From Asterias rubens (taxonomy: Eukaryota): a stretch of 64,000 nucleotides of DNA. Position numbers and translations under genes: made by a program. How positions within the stretch are numbered: the first letter of the stretch is position 1; each line of letters begins with the position of its first letter. The stretch covers positions 18,352,001-18,416,000 of the forward strand of contig NC_047063.1 of NCBI RefSeq assembly GCF_902459465.1. Direction: 5' to 3'. The notes beneath the pieces are model-generated. The model saw only the letters and a list, made by a program, of their open reading frames with translations. It was not told where the DNA came from and searched no databases. Positions 42,876-53,787 of the stretch are shown piece after piece.

Positions 42876-42891
42876 CACTCTGGTTTGCGCC

Positions 42892-45800
42892 TTAGTACTC
42901 TCGTTTGCGCTTGGGCATGCGGGGTGTAGAGGTCCCTGATCCCAAGACGCTAGCTGTTGGCGACTGGACGCTGACGTCTTTCAGATGCTCAGTATGGTAA
43001 TGATCCATGTAAGGCTTGACCGCATCCCATATCTAGAAATTCAATTCAAAATGATGTTTATTCCATTCTCCATTGGAGAATAGTTCAAAATGAGAATTTA
43101 GAAAGGTAACAAAATCAAAAGTGCGTATGAGTATACAAAATGTATGTATCGTTAAAGCAAAGAATAAATAAACAATTAGGAAATAACTATGTACAAGAGA
43201 AGAGCGAGAGCATGAGGCGCTTTGAGTAAGCCGAGCTCGTAGAAAACAAAAAACAAACAAACAAACAAACAAACAAACAAACAAACAAACAAACAAACAG
43301 CGAATCACAAAACTATTAGTTCAAGACACAAGAGACGAACAATGACATTACAAAAAATGCTGACAACAAAATACAAAGGATTTAAAATACCAGGCTAACT
43401 GAAGACGACAAATACACAAATACACAAAATAAATTTGGTGCACCAATCAATGGGGGAGAGGGGTTGCTTTGTTACTTGGAGGAAATTATCATAGATTTTA
43501 TCTAGTTGCCAGTTCAGTATTGGAGTCAATAAACACAGGAGCAGAGAGTGGACGGTGTTTAGGATATGGATGAGGATCATTTTATAAGTAACCATAATTG
43601 ATTTGTTATAAACTACAGAAAATTAAGTATTGTTTGAAGCTTTGCATGTTGTGGAGAAATAAGAAAAAACTATAAATAAATAGTAAACTGCGGGTACAAC
43701 CATGTGTAAATCTCATTTGTGGAAGTGTCGGCTCTGAGAAGTGCCGGTTTTCAGAGCCGGTTTTCAGAGCCAACACTCCCACAAAAGCGATTTACACATG
43801 GTTGTACCTGCAAATTTACTACTTATTTATAGTTTCTTCATACAAAAAAAAAATACAAAAATACATCACATAAACTAAAAAACCCAATAATGAACTTATT
43901 CGACAAAATAAAATAAAACGTTAACATTAAAAAAGGCCAGTGATATTACAAGATAAAATAGATCCAGTTACTAACAAATACCAGAGAAAAGGTAGGGTTG
44001 CTTTTTCAAAGAGGAAAATTTGGTTGACCTTTTGGTCCTGCAGCAGCTTTGTTGCAACATCAATGTCAGGAGCCATGAAACGATCCTTATCCCAAGGCCT
44101 GGGGGGGGGGGATAAAATAACGTATTAAAACCAACTTATATTTCATATTTTAATTTANNNNNNNNNNNNNNNNNNNNNNNNNNNNNNNNNNNNNNNNNNN
44201 NNNNNNNNNNNNNNNNNNNNNNNNNNNNNNNNNNNNNNNNNNNNNNNNNNNNNNNNNTTTTGGTTATACACAAAAATGCACTGACCCCTTTTTTTTGGGG
44301 GGGGGGGGGTAAGCACTCTTGCAATTTTTTATCAGACCCCACCTAGGCTAATTCTTTTCACTGTCGTTTTTCTTCGTGAGGTTTATTTTAGGGTTGTAAT
44401 TTGTTGGGGGTACGAAACTGCTAGCTGCCTCCTGACCCACTGCCCTGTTTAACAGGCAACATGTGTAACAACCCAAGTCTCATGGGGAGCAGCAAGAGTT
44501 CATGTAGTCTAGTTAAATAAAGGCTGATTGAAGAAAAAGACACAAATTCCCACTAGACATGATCCATTTGTGTCAAAGGGTTAAACTTTGTCACATTATA
44601 GACACCAGATAACAAATTTGCCACAACCAGCTTGCACAAGCAATTGTGCCATGAAAATTTTTTGTGAATTTGAGTGCTTGATGCAATGTAGGTTACGTTT
44701 GCGGTAACACCATGTGTGTACCTATTTGATTAGGTAGATTATGTTCTTTTGAGACTTTGTCTTGCTTTATATTCTACGAGCAGGGAGTAGATTTTCAGAA
44801 TTTCGGGAAACTTATTAGTTCTGAAAAATTACCTTACATTTAGAAACTACCTTCCGCTCAGGTAGAAGTAAAAAAGCAGGACAGCTCTCTTCAGAGTACA
44901 GTCTCCCAAACTCCGGAAAAATTACTCTGCGGTTGTAGAATATAAACACAAGTTCTCAAAAGAACACAATCTACCTGGCAAGTAGATATACATGTGTTAA
45001 CACAAACCAAATACCTCACCTTACAATGCCTCAAATCCCATGATAAATTTTCATTATTATTTTTTTATAAAAGCGTTTAAAGGACACTTCCACCTGCCAC
45101 TGCTTCAAGCTCTGGTGCTCCTACACACAAAAAAACAAGTTAAATACAAAAATTTTGACTCAAGGTCGTTCCCACTTTTGTTTGCTTCCCTGAAAAATCT
45201 CTTAATAAATTTTTTGTATGAGAAAATATTTTATTTCATATTCTAAAAACAAACAAATATCAACCTGAACATAACTCAATGTGTCAGGGACTGTTGATTT
45301 AGGTCAGATTTTCTTTGTTGAACAAAATTTAAGCCTCAAATAATCCAAGTGCCCCTTGCTTATTGCTTTCATTTGCTGAACTGTCAAACTATTTAAAAAT
45401 GCTGAAGTACAAAGTTTCTATCTGCATACCAAACAAAGAACGGTGACACTCCACCAATTGAACGATTGGCTCAACGTTCACCAATGATTCTTGTTTGAAT
45501 GATTTTCTGTAAAATTCATCAACTCTGAAGCCCCTCTTACCCCTCTCAACTATTATCATTGTGCCACAATGATCAATTTCAGGGCTGAACTTCATCTCTT
45601 ACCATAGTGCCATCATAGTAAATTTCAGGGCTGGAATAACATGAAGGCCAAAACAGTTGCCCTTAAATAATTTAGACTTTGTCAGACTTCACTGATGATT
45701 GTAGGGTGGAGGAAAACATGCACCAGGCAAGAAATGCAAAACCTGGCTCTTCGCTTAAAACTTTTGATTCTAACTCATGTTCCATCTTCAAGATCAAGTG

Positions 45801-47850
45801 CATTGATCTAGACCAGGATTTGTGAGCAGAAAATTTACATTTGTGACCCACTCTGTGAAAATGAGTCACATGTCGCCCAATGCAATATTAAGTTATGGAC
45901 AGTTTAATGTGGAAAATGTATATAACAAATAAAAAAAAAATAAAAAACCTTTAGAACACTTACTTTTAGGCAATAAAGCTATGAATACAACAATTTTGAT
46001 CATACTTATGTCTAATTTGTATCCTTTTGCACAAAATGGTAGTTTAAAATATCGTTTTAAATACTTGTAATTCATTTTTCACAAAAAATGGTGTAGTGGC
46101 TAGCTTCAAACGGGAGTAATTCAGCAACGCGATACACCCCAAAGCTTAGACACATACCAAATTACTGCGGCTGATGTGTTCTTTCCAGCCATGTATATAA
46201 CTCAATTCCTGAAATTGCCTACATCTGACTCATTTTCACAGAGCGGGTCACATTTACACTTACACTAAAGTTGCAAACAATTTTTTAGATACATGTAACT
46301 AATAAAAGCTTGTAGTAAAACAAAAAAGATACACCTCATGTTGAATGGCTGAGGGCGCAGTGTATGATCCATTCCCTTTGTCATTCTTCAGTACTAGAAA
46401 AAGGTTAAATAAAACACATAGTTTTTAGTTGAGAGATGTATGCCCGGAAGTCCAACTTTAGGAGGATAGTCACAAACCAAGAAAACTCCCTCGCTTAAAG
46501 GAACACGTTGCCTTGGATCGGACGAGTTGGTCCATAAAAAGCATTTGAAACCGTTTGTTATGAAATGCATATTGGTTAGAAAGATGTTTAAAAGTATCAC
46601 TAAAAATTGCATGGTTTTCCTTTTACGTCTCGCACTAACACGGTTGGCCATTTAGGAGTCAAAAATTTTACTCCAATAAATGGCCGACCGTGTTAGTCGA
46701 CCAGGGGTGGATTTCACAAAGGTAGTCCTAACTTAGGACTAGTCCTAGGCAATGCTAAGAGATAGGACCAGTCCTAAGTTAGGATGAGTTACTGGTCCTA
46801 ACTTAGGACCAGTCCTATCTCTTAGCATTGCCTAGGACTAGTCCTATGTTAGGACTACCTTTGTGAAATCCACCCCAGGTAAAAAGAAGACCACATAGTT
46901 TCGAGGCATATTTGTGTAGATCATTGTATTCTGCTTTTACAAAATCTTTCTACTCATATTCATAATGCATTTTATAACAAACAGTTACAGAACGCTTTTC
47001 TAAGACCAACTCAACCGATCCAAGGCAACGTGTTTCTTTAAACTCAAGTTATTACCTGCCTCCTTATCTTTGGCCTCTTTTTTATTTAGCATTCATCATG
47101 TGATAGAAATTTCACATCTACTTGTATAAAAACTATCCTGTCAGGGAAAAACTAATCAACATGGCCCAGGTGTCTACCCCAATTGCCTGCACAATTTTTT
47201 TTTTTTTTTTGCTGACCCTGACAGCCAGACAATTTTTTTTCCACCTGCACAAGCACCTACCTAGGACATGATACACCAGGCATGATTTTTTGGCGTTGGG
47301 AAAACAAAAAGTAGAAACAATGATCAATAGAGTGGCTGAGTCCTGACCTAAATGGCCTATGCATGGTGTAGGCTTTAACAGACTTTTAAGGCTATTTTAG
47401 TAACACTTTTTCAGATTTTATTTAACAAAATCAACTCCCCTAATATCGCTGTCAGTGTCGGTCTCAATTCATAACATTTGTAATGACAAATAAACCTTCC
47501 TAGTTTAGACCACAACAGAACAAAAACCTTATATAAAGTTTTACTTTATATTATTATAAAGAAAACCAACCCAAACTAACAATACGTCCTTCATTATCAA
47601 AAAGAAAATACTAACCCGTGACCAAAAACCCTCCATCCTCCACGAGATCTTCAACAAGATCCTCTGGAAACAGCAGACTTCCTCCTGGGGGCTTGCGGAC
47701 CTCCACCACGGCGTCCGTCTTCTTGTTATCGTACCCCTTCATCGAGCGGTATCGACACAAGGCCGTTTCCCCAAGATTCTGGACGGTGAAGCCCGCTGAT
47801 TTGACTGGAATAAGTAGCCATTCTTCACGCACTCGTACGTTGACCTTCAT
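42892..47850 (-). CDS. HAL: Histidine ammonia-lyase (histidase): first coding exon 47850-47616, probable linker exons 46393-46333 and 45630-45603, penultimate exon 44098-44029, last exon 43032-42892; catalytic-core exons missing, probably in the N-gap
   Basis: The first exon MKVNVRVREEWLLIPV...GGSLLFPEDLVEDLVEDGGFLVT is a Par3/HAL N-terminal domain with a phase-1 GTTAGT donor. The 70-nt exon gives PWDKDRFMAPDIDVATKLLQDQK (human PWIKDRFMAPDIEAAHRLLLEQK). The 141-nt last exon gives IWDAVKPYMDHYHTEHLKDVSVQSPTASVL...* (human VWEVAAPYIEKYRMEHIPESRPLSPTAFSL). The linker exons are supported only by splice sites and phase. Confidence 0.92.
43250..43298 (+). repeat. (CAAA)n microsatellite in the last HAL intron
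   Basis: About 12 units. Confidence 0.95.
43660..43840. repeat. Palindromic MITE-like element in the last HAL intron
   Basis: aaactataaataaatagtaaa...gtacaaccatgtgtaaat / atttacacatggttgtac...tttactacttatttatagttt. Confidence 0.7.
44158..44257. other. Assembly gap (exactly 100 N, placeholder of unknown true size) inside HAL
   Basis: Run of 100 N, with HAL 3' exons on the left and 5' exons on the right. Confidence 0.99.
44690..45040. mobile_element. Palindromic family I element; related copies at about 26190-26320, 33676-33920, 52360-53030
   Basis: Shared gcattgcatggtgaggtatcaat...tttgcggtaacaccatgtgt...gtcttgctttatattctac sequence, with inverted ends in this copy. Confidence 0.7.
46495..47041. 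mobile_element. MITE family D carrying a nested family E insertion at 46705-46875
   Basis: Family D termini at both ends. The nested perfect palindrome gggtggatttcacaaa...tttgtgaaatccaccc is flanked by duplicated CAG (46702-46704, 46876-46878). Confidence 0.85.
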
Positions 47851-47980
47851 CTTTGAATCGCGAAAGGATTTTCTTGGGAAGTTGTAACTGTATACTGCAG
47901 TTTGAACGTAGTTTGTTATCTCTGTTCAGTCTGATAATTCTATGAATTGATCATATCACGATAACAACAACGACCAAATT

Positions 47981-49342
47981 CTGTAGTGAAAAACAACAAG
48001 TCCTGTTGTTTTGCCACACTCTCAGAACGCCAAATAAAACACCGCGGTCAGTAAAACTCAAAAAGGGACACACAACTCAAATGAGCAACAACAAAATGTC
48101 GGCTTGACCATGGAGCAATGGCGCCTTGACTGAAGAGAAGCTCGTGATACGTGACGAAAACTGCATCATGCGCGTCGGAGCATCGACCTCCAAAACCACA
48201 CGTCGCGTAGTAGGCAAACATAAATAGTGTTGGAGACTGCGCGCTGATATGAAGTGTGTGTGTGGCGGCAGGCGTGACAGGGGTGTGACCTAAAGAATGA
48301 TTTTGATTGGCTGTTGGACCTAGACCATTAGAGCTATGCTCTATGACGACCTAGACACAATAAATTGACACGCTTTTCTCCAAATGGTAGAGGGCGCGCT
48401 ACACTGAAAAGAAATAAATAATGACCGAAAAGAGAACATGGTCATGGATTGGAGGAAAGTGGTAGTAAGAATGAATGATTATTATCGTTTCTCATTCTGT
48501 GCTGAACTTGTACAGTTTTGGCAGGATTTGATATTTATGTGTTATTTATTACAGTTGTAGATAAACTTTTGAACAGTTAGTTAGTACAAAAAATAAATGC
48601 AAATGTCAATTTGTCAAAATGTTTACAAAATTACAATGAATTAGTAGCCATTGAATCATTGGATGGCACTGGAATTATACAGGAACTGGATCTAAATGGG
48701 TCAGAAGCTTTTAATTAATTTTTTTAATTATACAATTTTGTCTTTATATTTTCATAATGCAAATTTTTTTTTTGTAGGGCCTATTGTTTTTTTATATTGA
48801 GTTTTGAATTGAATTCAATTGAATCAAATTTGCAATAAATGTATGCGTAGTACTCTAGTCTAGTATGTTTATGTACTCAATATAAAAAACAATAGGCCCT
48901 ACCCAAAAAAAGAATTCGCATTATGAAACATGTGTGTAAAATTAAATGGTAAATTATTGTAAATAAAATATTGTGCCCCAAATCGCAATATTTTGTATTG
49001 AATGTTCAGGAATGGATATTTTTACCACATGGCCCCAGCGACGTAAAATCATCTGAAATGCTGTTTTGCCAGCAGGTCAGACGTCGTAAGTCAGTAGTAC
49101 TCCTACGAACTAATATAGGTTGTTCCGCTATCGCTTCCACAAACCAATAACGGAACGAACCTCATAGATCTAGGAATATTGATGCATATATGCCTATATA
49201 ACAAAATGAGTTGACAGTATATCTTATTTTGCAAAGATTTTCGACCACTGCTGTGTAGCACAGTGGAATAAGCTCAGGTTAAACCCTAAATACATTCAAA
49301 TCCCGCTGATGTTCTGATGTTTTGTATTCTTAATATCAATAG
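47981..49342. promoter_or_regulatory. Divergent promoter region shared by HAL and MFSD3
   Basis: Start codons are 1.56 kb apart. CpG-rich patch at about 48010-48410 with CCAAT-box-like gattggctg/attggctg at about 48305 and tggtagagggcgc at about 48386. Possible 5' UTR acceptors at 47980 (-) and 49343 (+). Confidence 0.55.
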
Positions 49343-49407
49343 TCGGGATAATCATGACCCTCGATCACAAACTTCAGCAGCAAAGCTATGATTGAAAGAA
49401 GCCGAGG

Positions 49408-52400
49408 ATGACTGGTTTTCATCTTTACCGCTTTGTCAACAGTAAGATTCTGTGCCTTCTACTCTTGTACTTTGTCCAAGGAATTCCTTATGGCTTCCAG
49501 GTAAAGATCACATTCACTTTCATTTCAGTTGGTATCTTGCATGCTCATATAGTTTATCTACCGTTCAAACCTGCTGTGGATGATATTGACTGGTCGAACA
49601 GTAGGAGGGTTGACTGTGATGTGTAGATCAAAATATGAATGATTAGGGGTTTGAAAAAAGAAAAATTTACTAAAGTGGGACTGGAACCAGTGACCTCCGG
49701 ATTAATGTGCCGGTGCTCTACCAACTGAGCTATCTAGCCCTATGTTGGTGGTGTCCCTATTTTGTCAATATCTTTGTTCGGGGGGTGCCAGTCGGAAGCC
49801 GTACAAGTACTGCCAAGTAGCCAGGGATCACACCACAATTACGGTACAACCTGGGAAGTAGCAGCCAGGGGATAACCTTAAGGGGATGCAACTTTTTAGT
49901 TCAGATATCAAATATTTTAAACCAGAAGGGAAACTGATAAGGTAAATTTAAAATGATTTGGGGTTGAACAAAAACAAATTTACTAGAGTGGGACTCGAAC
50001 CAACAACCTGAGGATTAACTAGTCGGTGCTCTACCAACTGAGCTATCTAGCCCTATGTTGGCGGTCTCCCTATTTTGTCAGTATCTTTGTTCAGGGTGCC
50101 AGTCAGAACCCAAATCTGAATGAAATACAAAATTATCAAGATCTGTGTTTAACCTACAGTTGAATAGTCACACAATTATTTACTACACACAAAATCTCAT
50201 TTTTCGAACAGGCTGGATTCTTGCCGATCTTTCTCCGGTCTCAAGGCACATCTCTAACCAGCGTTGGTTTCTTCAAGATCCTCCTGCTACCCTGGATGCT
50301 GAAGGTTCTCTGGGCTCCTCTCCTAGAATGCTACACCTCTCGACGAACCGGTTTAATCTGCAGCCTCGTTGCCATGGTATTGGCATGGGCTTTTGGCGCT
50401 TGTATCTCTCCGGAACAGACGGTCCTTCTGTGTGTAATCGTCTTCTGTTTGAACCTAACAGCGTCAATGCAGGACGTCATTGTAGACGCCATAGCGATTG
50501 GGATACTTAGAGAGTCAGAACTGGGAGCTGGCAACACCGCACAGGTCGTTGGCTATAAAGTAGGATCCATTGTCGGGGGAGGGGTGTTCATCTGGCTGAT
50601 CGTGTACATTGGGTGGCAGGGTTTGTTCATTTCGATATCAGGACTTTATGTTGTGACAACGTTTCTTGTAATGCAGCTGGATGATTTAAAACGGTGCAAT
50701 ATTGACAAAAGCAAGACTAGTAACAGTGTTTCTATTGGCCAAGTCCACGGTCAGCAAGAGGGGGTGGGAGTAACACAGGAGGATGACTTCAAGGGACAAT
50801 CTTTCACACACCTCATTAGGGATATTGTGACCACCCCTCACACAAAGTGGATGATGATCTTTGTAACATTTTATAAATTAGGTAAGTAGTCATGTTTAAC
50901 AAAATAATTAGCATGTTTAGTACAGCTGAACTTCATCCTGTTTCCTGAATTAGTTGCATGTGTTCTTATGTGTAGACCATGTAACTTTTGTTTACAAAGG
51001 AGTGACTGTACATTCCAGGATATTTCCTGGCAGGCAAGATTCTACATAGTTCTATGGGAAACTTTATATTTTATGTACATGTAAGTTATACAAAAACAAC
51101 AGCTGTACAAACTTATTAGGCGCTATTCCATCAAGATGATAGTGCACTTGAAAGCAGTTAACATGTAAAAAGATGAGCTTTAGAACTTTAAGGCAATGTA
51201 GACTGAGAAACAGTAGGAAGTTGGTGCCAAATCATTGGCCCAGCTACACTGAAAGTTTTTGACCTGGAACTTTATTTGCTCGGGAACATTCAAGCGAGTG
51301 ATGTCAAGTGTGGACCGAATAAATCCTGATGGAGTTAAATGAGACTGCCAGCACATACACGTGTGCAATAGCTTGATGAGAGTTCATTGCTTCAGGTACA
51401 GCCACAGGCCTGCTATGATCATCAGGCATGCAATTTTTTAGCTGGTCATCTGATTTCATCTTTTTCCTCTTTTTCTTTTCAAAACAGTGCCATAGAAAAC
51501 TTAAAATTGCTGTACACTCTTTTTTTTTGCAATTAGAAAGTTGCATGTCTGGATCATGAAGACTGCTCCGCTTTTTAAAAAGCTATCGCTGTATCATCCT
51601 TTTAAATTTTGAGTGCAGCTAAAATGACATTTCTTTGTAATATTTTCAAATTAGGTGAAATGGGTTCCATTGGAATGTTTCCTCTCTACCTGGTGGACCA
51701 TGGGATACCAGTCGGTGAGGTCGGTTTCCTAACAGGGGTCATAAGTCAAGGGTTATCCATTTTGGGGTCGCTGGCTGGGGGCTGGATGCTTTCCAATCAA
51801 CAGCTAAGGTATGTATTCATAGCTTATAGTAAAGCCCTTTTATTGGTTGTGTTAAACACTGTACTCAGTACTTTCCAAAGTCCTATAGAAAAAAAAAACC
51901 TGTAGCACATTTAAACCCACAACCTTTGCCATTCTAGCGCTGGGCCCATTTTCATGGCTCTGCTTACAGTAAGCAAAGAATCAGCGCTCACGGAAGCAGG
52001 GAATTCCGTGCCGATGTCAAGCTTATTTCACTGGTAAGCAGGGAATTTTTGCATATGTGCGTGCGTACTCTACGTTACATACAAGGCTCCTATACTTGAA
52101 AAATATAGCTCTGCATACCTGAGAAAAAATACTGAGCGCTTTGAGACGCCCATAGGTGTACAAGAAATACATATTGACTCATTTTCATTTGTTTGATTTG
52201 TTTAGTTTGACGCCATCTCATCTTCTCCCAGTTCTATTCAAGTTGAGGCTCCTTCCACTTCTTCTTCAGACAGCTGTGATCTGTTTTAATCAACCAAATG
52301 AAGTTATTCCTTTATATGGTAAGTTATTAAGTATTATTATGGGATTTGAGGTATTGCTTGCATGACGAGGTGTCAATATATTTGTTTTTCGGTAACACCA

Positions 52401-53440
52401 TGTGTGTGTCTACTTGCTTTATATTCTACTACCGCAGAGAATTATTTCAAAATTTTGGGAGAGTTCTTACTTCTGAAAAGTACTGTCCTGCTTTTTAACT
52501 ACTACCAGGGGCCAATTTCATAGAGCTGCTTATGCAAAAAATTTGCTTAAGCACGAAAATAGCTTGCTTATTTTACACATGTTACTGGCAACAATTTCAT
52601 GCCACATACATTGCTTGTGACTGGTATTTAGCTATTGTTAACACTTACCATAACAATTGAATGGAGTCTTAGCTGGTAATCTGATTTTACGAAGCAATGA
52701 ATTTTTTGCTTAAGCAAAATTTTGTTCTTAAGCAGCTCTATGAAATTGGGCCATGGGCAAAGGTAGAAAACCAGCATTACGTTTACAAAAAAAAATAAAA
52801 TTGGAAAATGAGGCATTGCATGGTGAGGTATCAATTTATATTTGGTATTTATCATGTGTGAATTTACTTGCCAGGTAGATTATGTTCTTTTGAAAACTTG
52901 TCTTGCTTTATATTCTATTATCGCGGAGTAGATATTCTGAATTTGGGAGGCTTCTCATTTCTGAAATGATTAAGAACTCTCCTGCTTTTTATCTACTACC
53001 CGAGCGGAAGGTAGAAAATCGGCCGGGACTACTACTTTAGCTTTAGTGGACCGAGGGGACTTAACGTTATTAACTTCTCTACTGCGGAGCAAGTTCCAAA
53101 TGATGACCCTTTCCATTGAGTCTCAATAACACTTTTCTACATTCTCTGTGTAGGTTTATGCCTCGTTGCCATGTGCCTCCTTCAACTCATAGGGGGCGCT
53201 ATAACGATCTGCACCTTCACCTTGATGATGCAATGCTCCCAGCAGGCACCACACCGTATTCAAGCAACACACTACACAGCCTTAGCAACCATTGAAGTGA
53301 TGGGTAAATTAGTTTTTATGTCGGTGGCTGGTTGGCTCGTTGACTGGTTGGGATACGGCAAGATGTTCTGTTTGTTTCTCTCACTATCTGTCGGTGTACT
53401 CGCAATGTTGAGACCGGAAATAAAAGCTTATTTATCGTAA
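49408..53440 (+). CDS. MFSD3: Major facilitator superfamily domain-containing protein 3 (AmpG/AT-1-like transporter), 5 exons, 438 aa
   Basis: Exons 49408-49500, 50212-50881, 51655-51808, 52206-52318, 53154-53440, GT-AG and in phase. Motifs LYFVQGIPYGFQ, LPWMLKVLWAPL, ASMQDVIVDAIAI, GNTAQVVGYKVG, FYKLGE, MMQCSQQAPHRIQATHYTALATIEVMGK match human MFSD3. Confidence 0.93.
49645..50110 (-). mobile_element. Two tandem tRNA-like repeat units in MFSD3 intron 1 (about 49645-49800 and 49960-50110)
   Basis: Both contain ggtgctctaccaactgagctatctagccctatgttgg, the reverse of ggctagatagctcagttggtagagcacc. Confidence 0.7.
52506..52755. mobile_element. CWG-flanked MITE family F, nested in a family I element; other copies at 35531-35729 and 56807-57009, partial copies at 10268, 20272, 51941
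   Basis: cag|gggccaatttcatagagctgct...agcagctctatgaaattgggcc, interrupting the element that spans about 52360-53030. Confidence 0.75.
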
Positions 53441-53787
53441 AGCAACTGCTTGGATATCCATTGCCTCAGGAATAAAATGATATGTATTTTGTTTATTTAA
53501 TAGGTGTAATAATTGTGTCAGGAGTAAAGAATACTATCTTTGTTCTTATCTTTAACATTATAAGGACTGTATTACATGGTGCTTTTGTGGACAAAAATCC
53601 AAAAAACTTATCCATCTGAAGCAATGGTGTTGGGAAAGACCTATGACGATCCTTTTTAAAGAAACAAACAGCAACTGCAGCACACAGTCTAAGTGTCCTT
53701 GTGGCCACCTGGCATGTGACCCTCCAGTTGAGTGCAATAATGAATGACCATGCGCAGTAACCAGAAGGCAACACAAGGATAATTGCT

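Noticed and set aside
38591-42891. AMDHD1 or FTCD exons completing the pathway
   Set aside because: I found no amidohydrolase or formiminotransferase motifs here or elsewhere in the window. The interval is MITE, SINE and AT-rich sequence.
45389-45869. Minus-strand ORFs of 68 and 65 aa as HAL exons
   Set aside because: No HAL similarity. The apparent acceptor at about 45850 is one arm of an inverted repeat with 46225-46251, and the phase or stops are incompatible.
47611-47850. ORF as Par3/PARD3 (starts MKV like Par3)
   Set aside because: The VRVREEWLLIP motif is HAL-like, and HAL C-terminal exons follow on the same strand. No PDZ exons of Par3 were seen.
27203-47850. Horizontally acquired bacterial hut operon
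   Set aside because: Both genes have many GT-AG introns, UROC1 has the long eukaryotic N-terminus, HAL has the metazoan N-terminal domain, and the genes are convergent rather than co-directional.
42892-47850. HAL as an internally deleted pseudogene
   Set aside because: All visible exons have intact frames and splice sites, and the missing part coincides with an N-gap. This is not formally excluded.
41871-50110. Functional tRNA genes at about 41950, 42280, 49700 and 50010
   Set aside because: The B-boxes and acceptor stems are degenerate, and each head is attached to a repeated non-tRNA body, so they are SINE-like.
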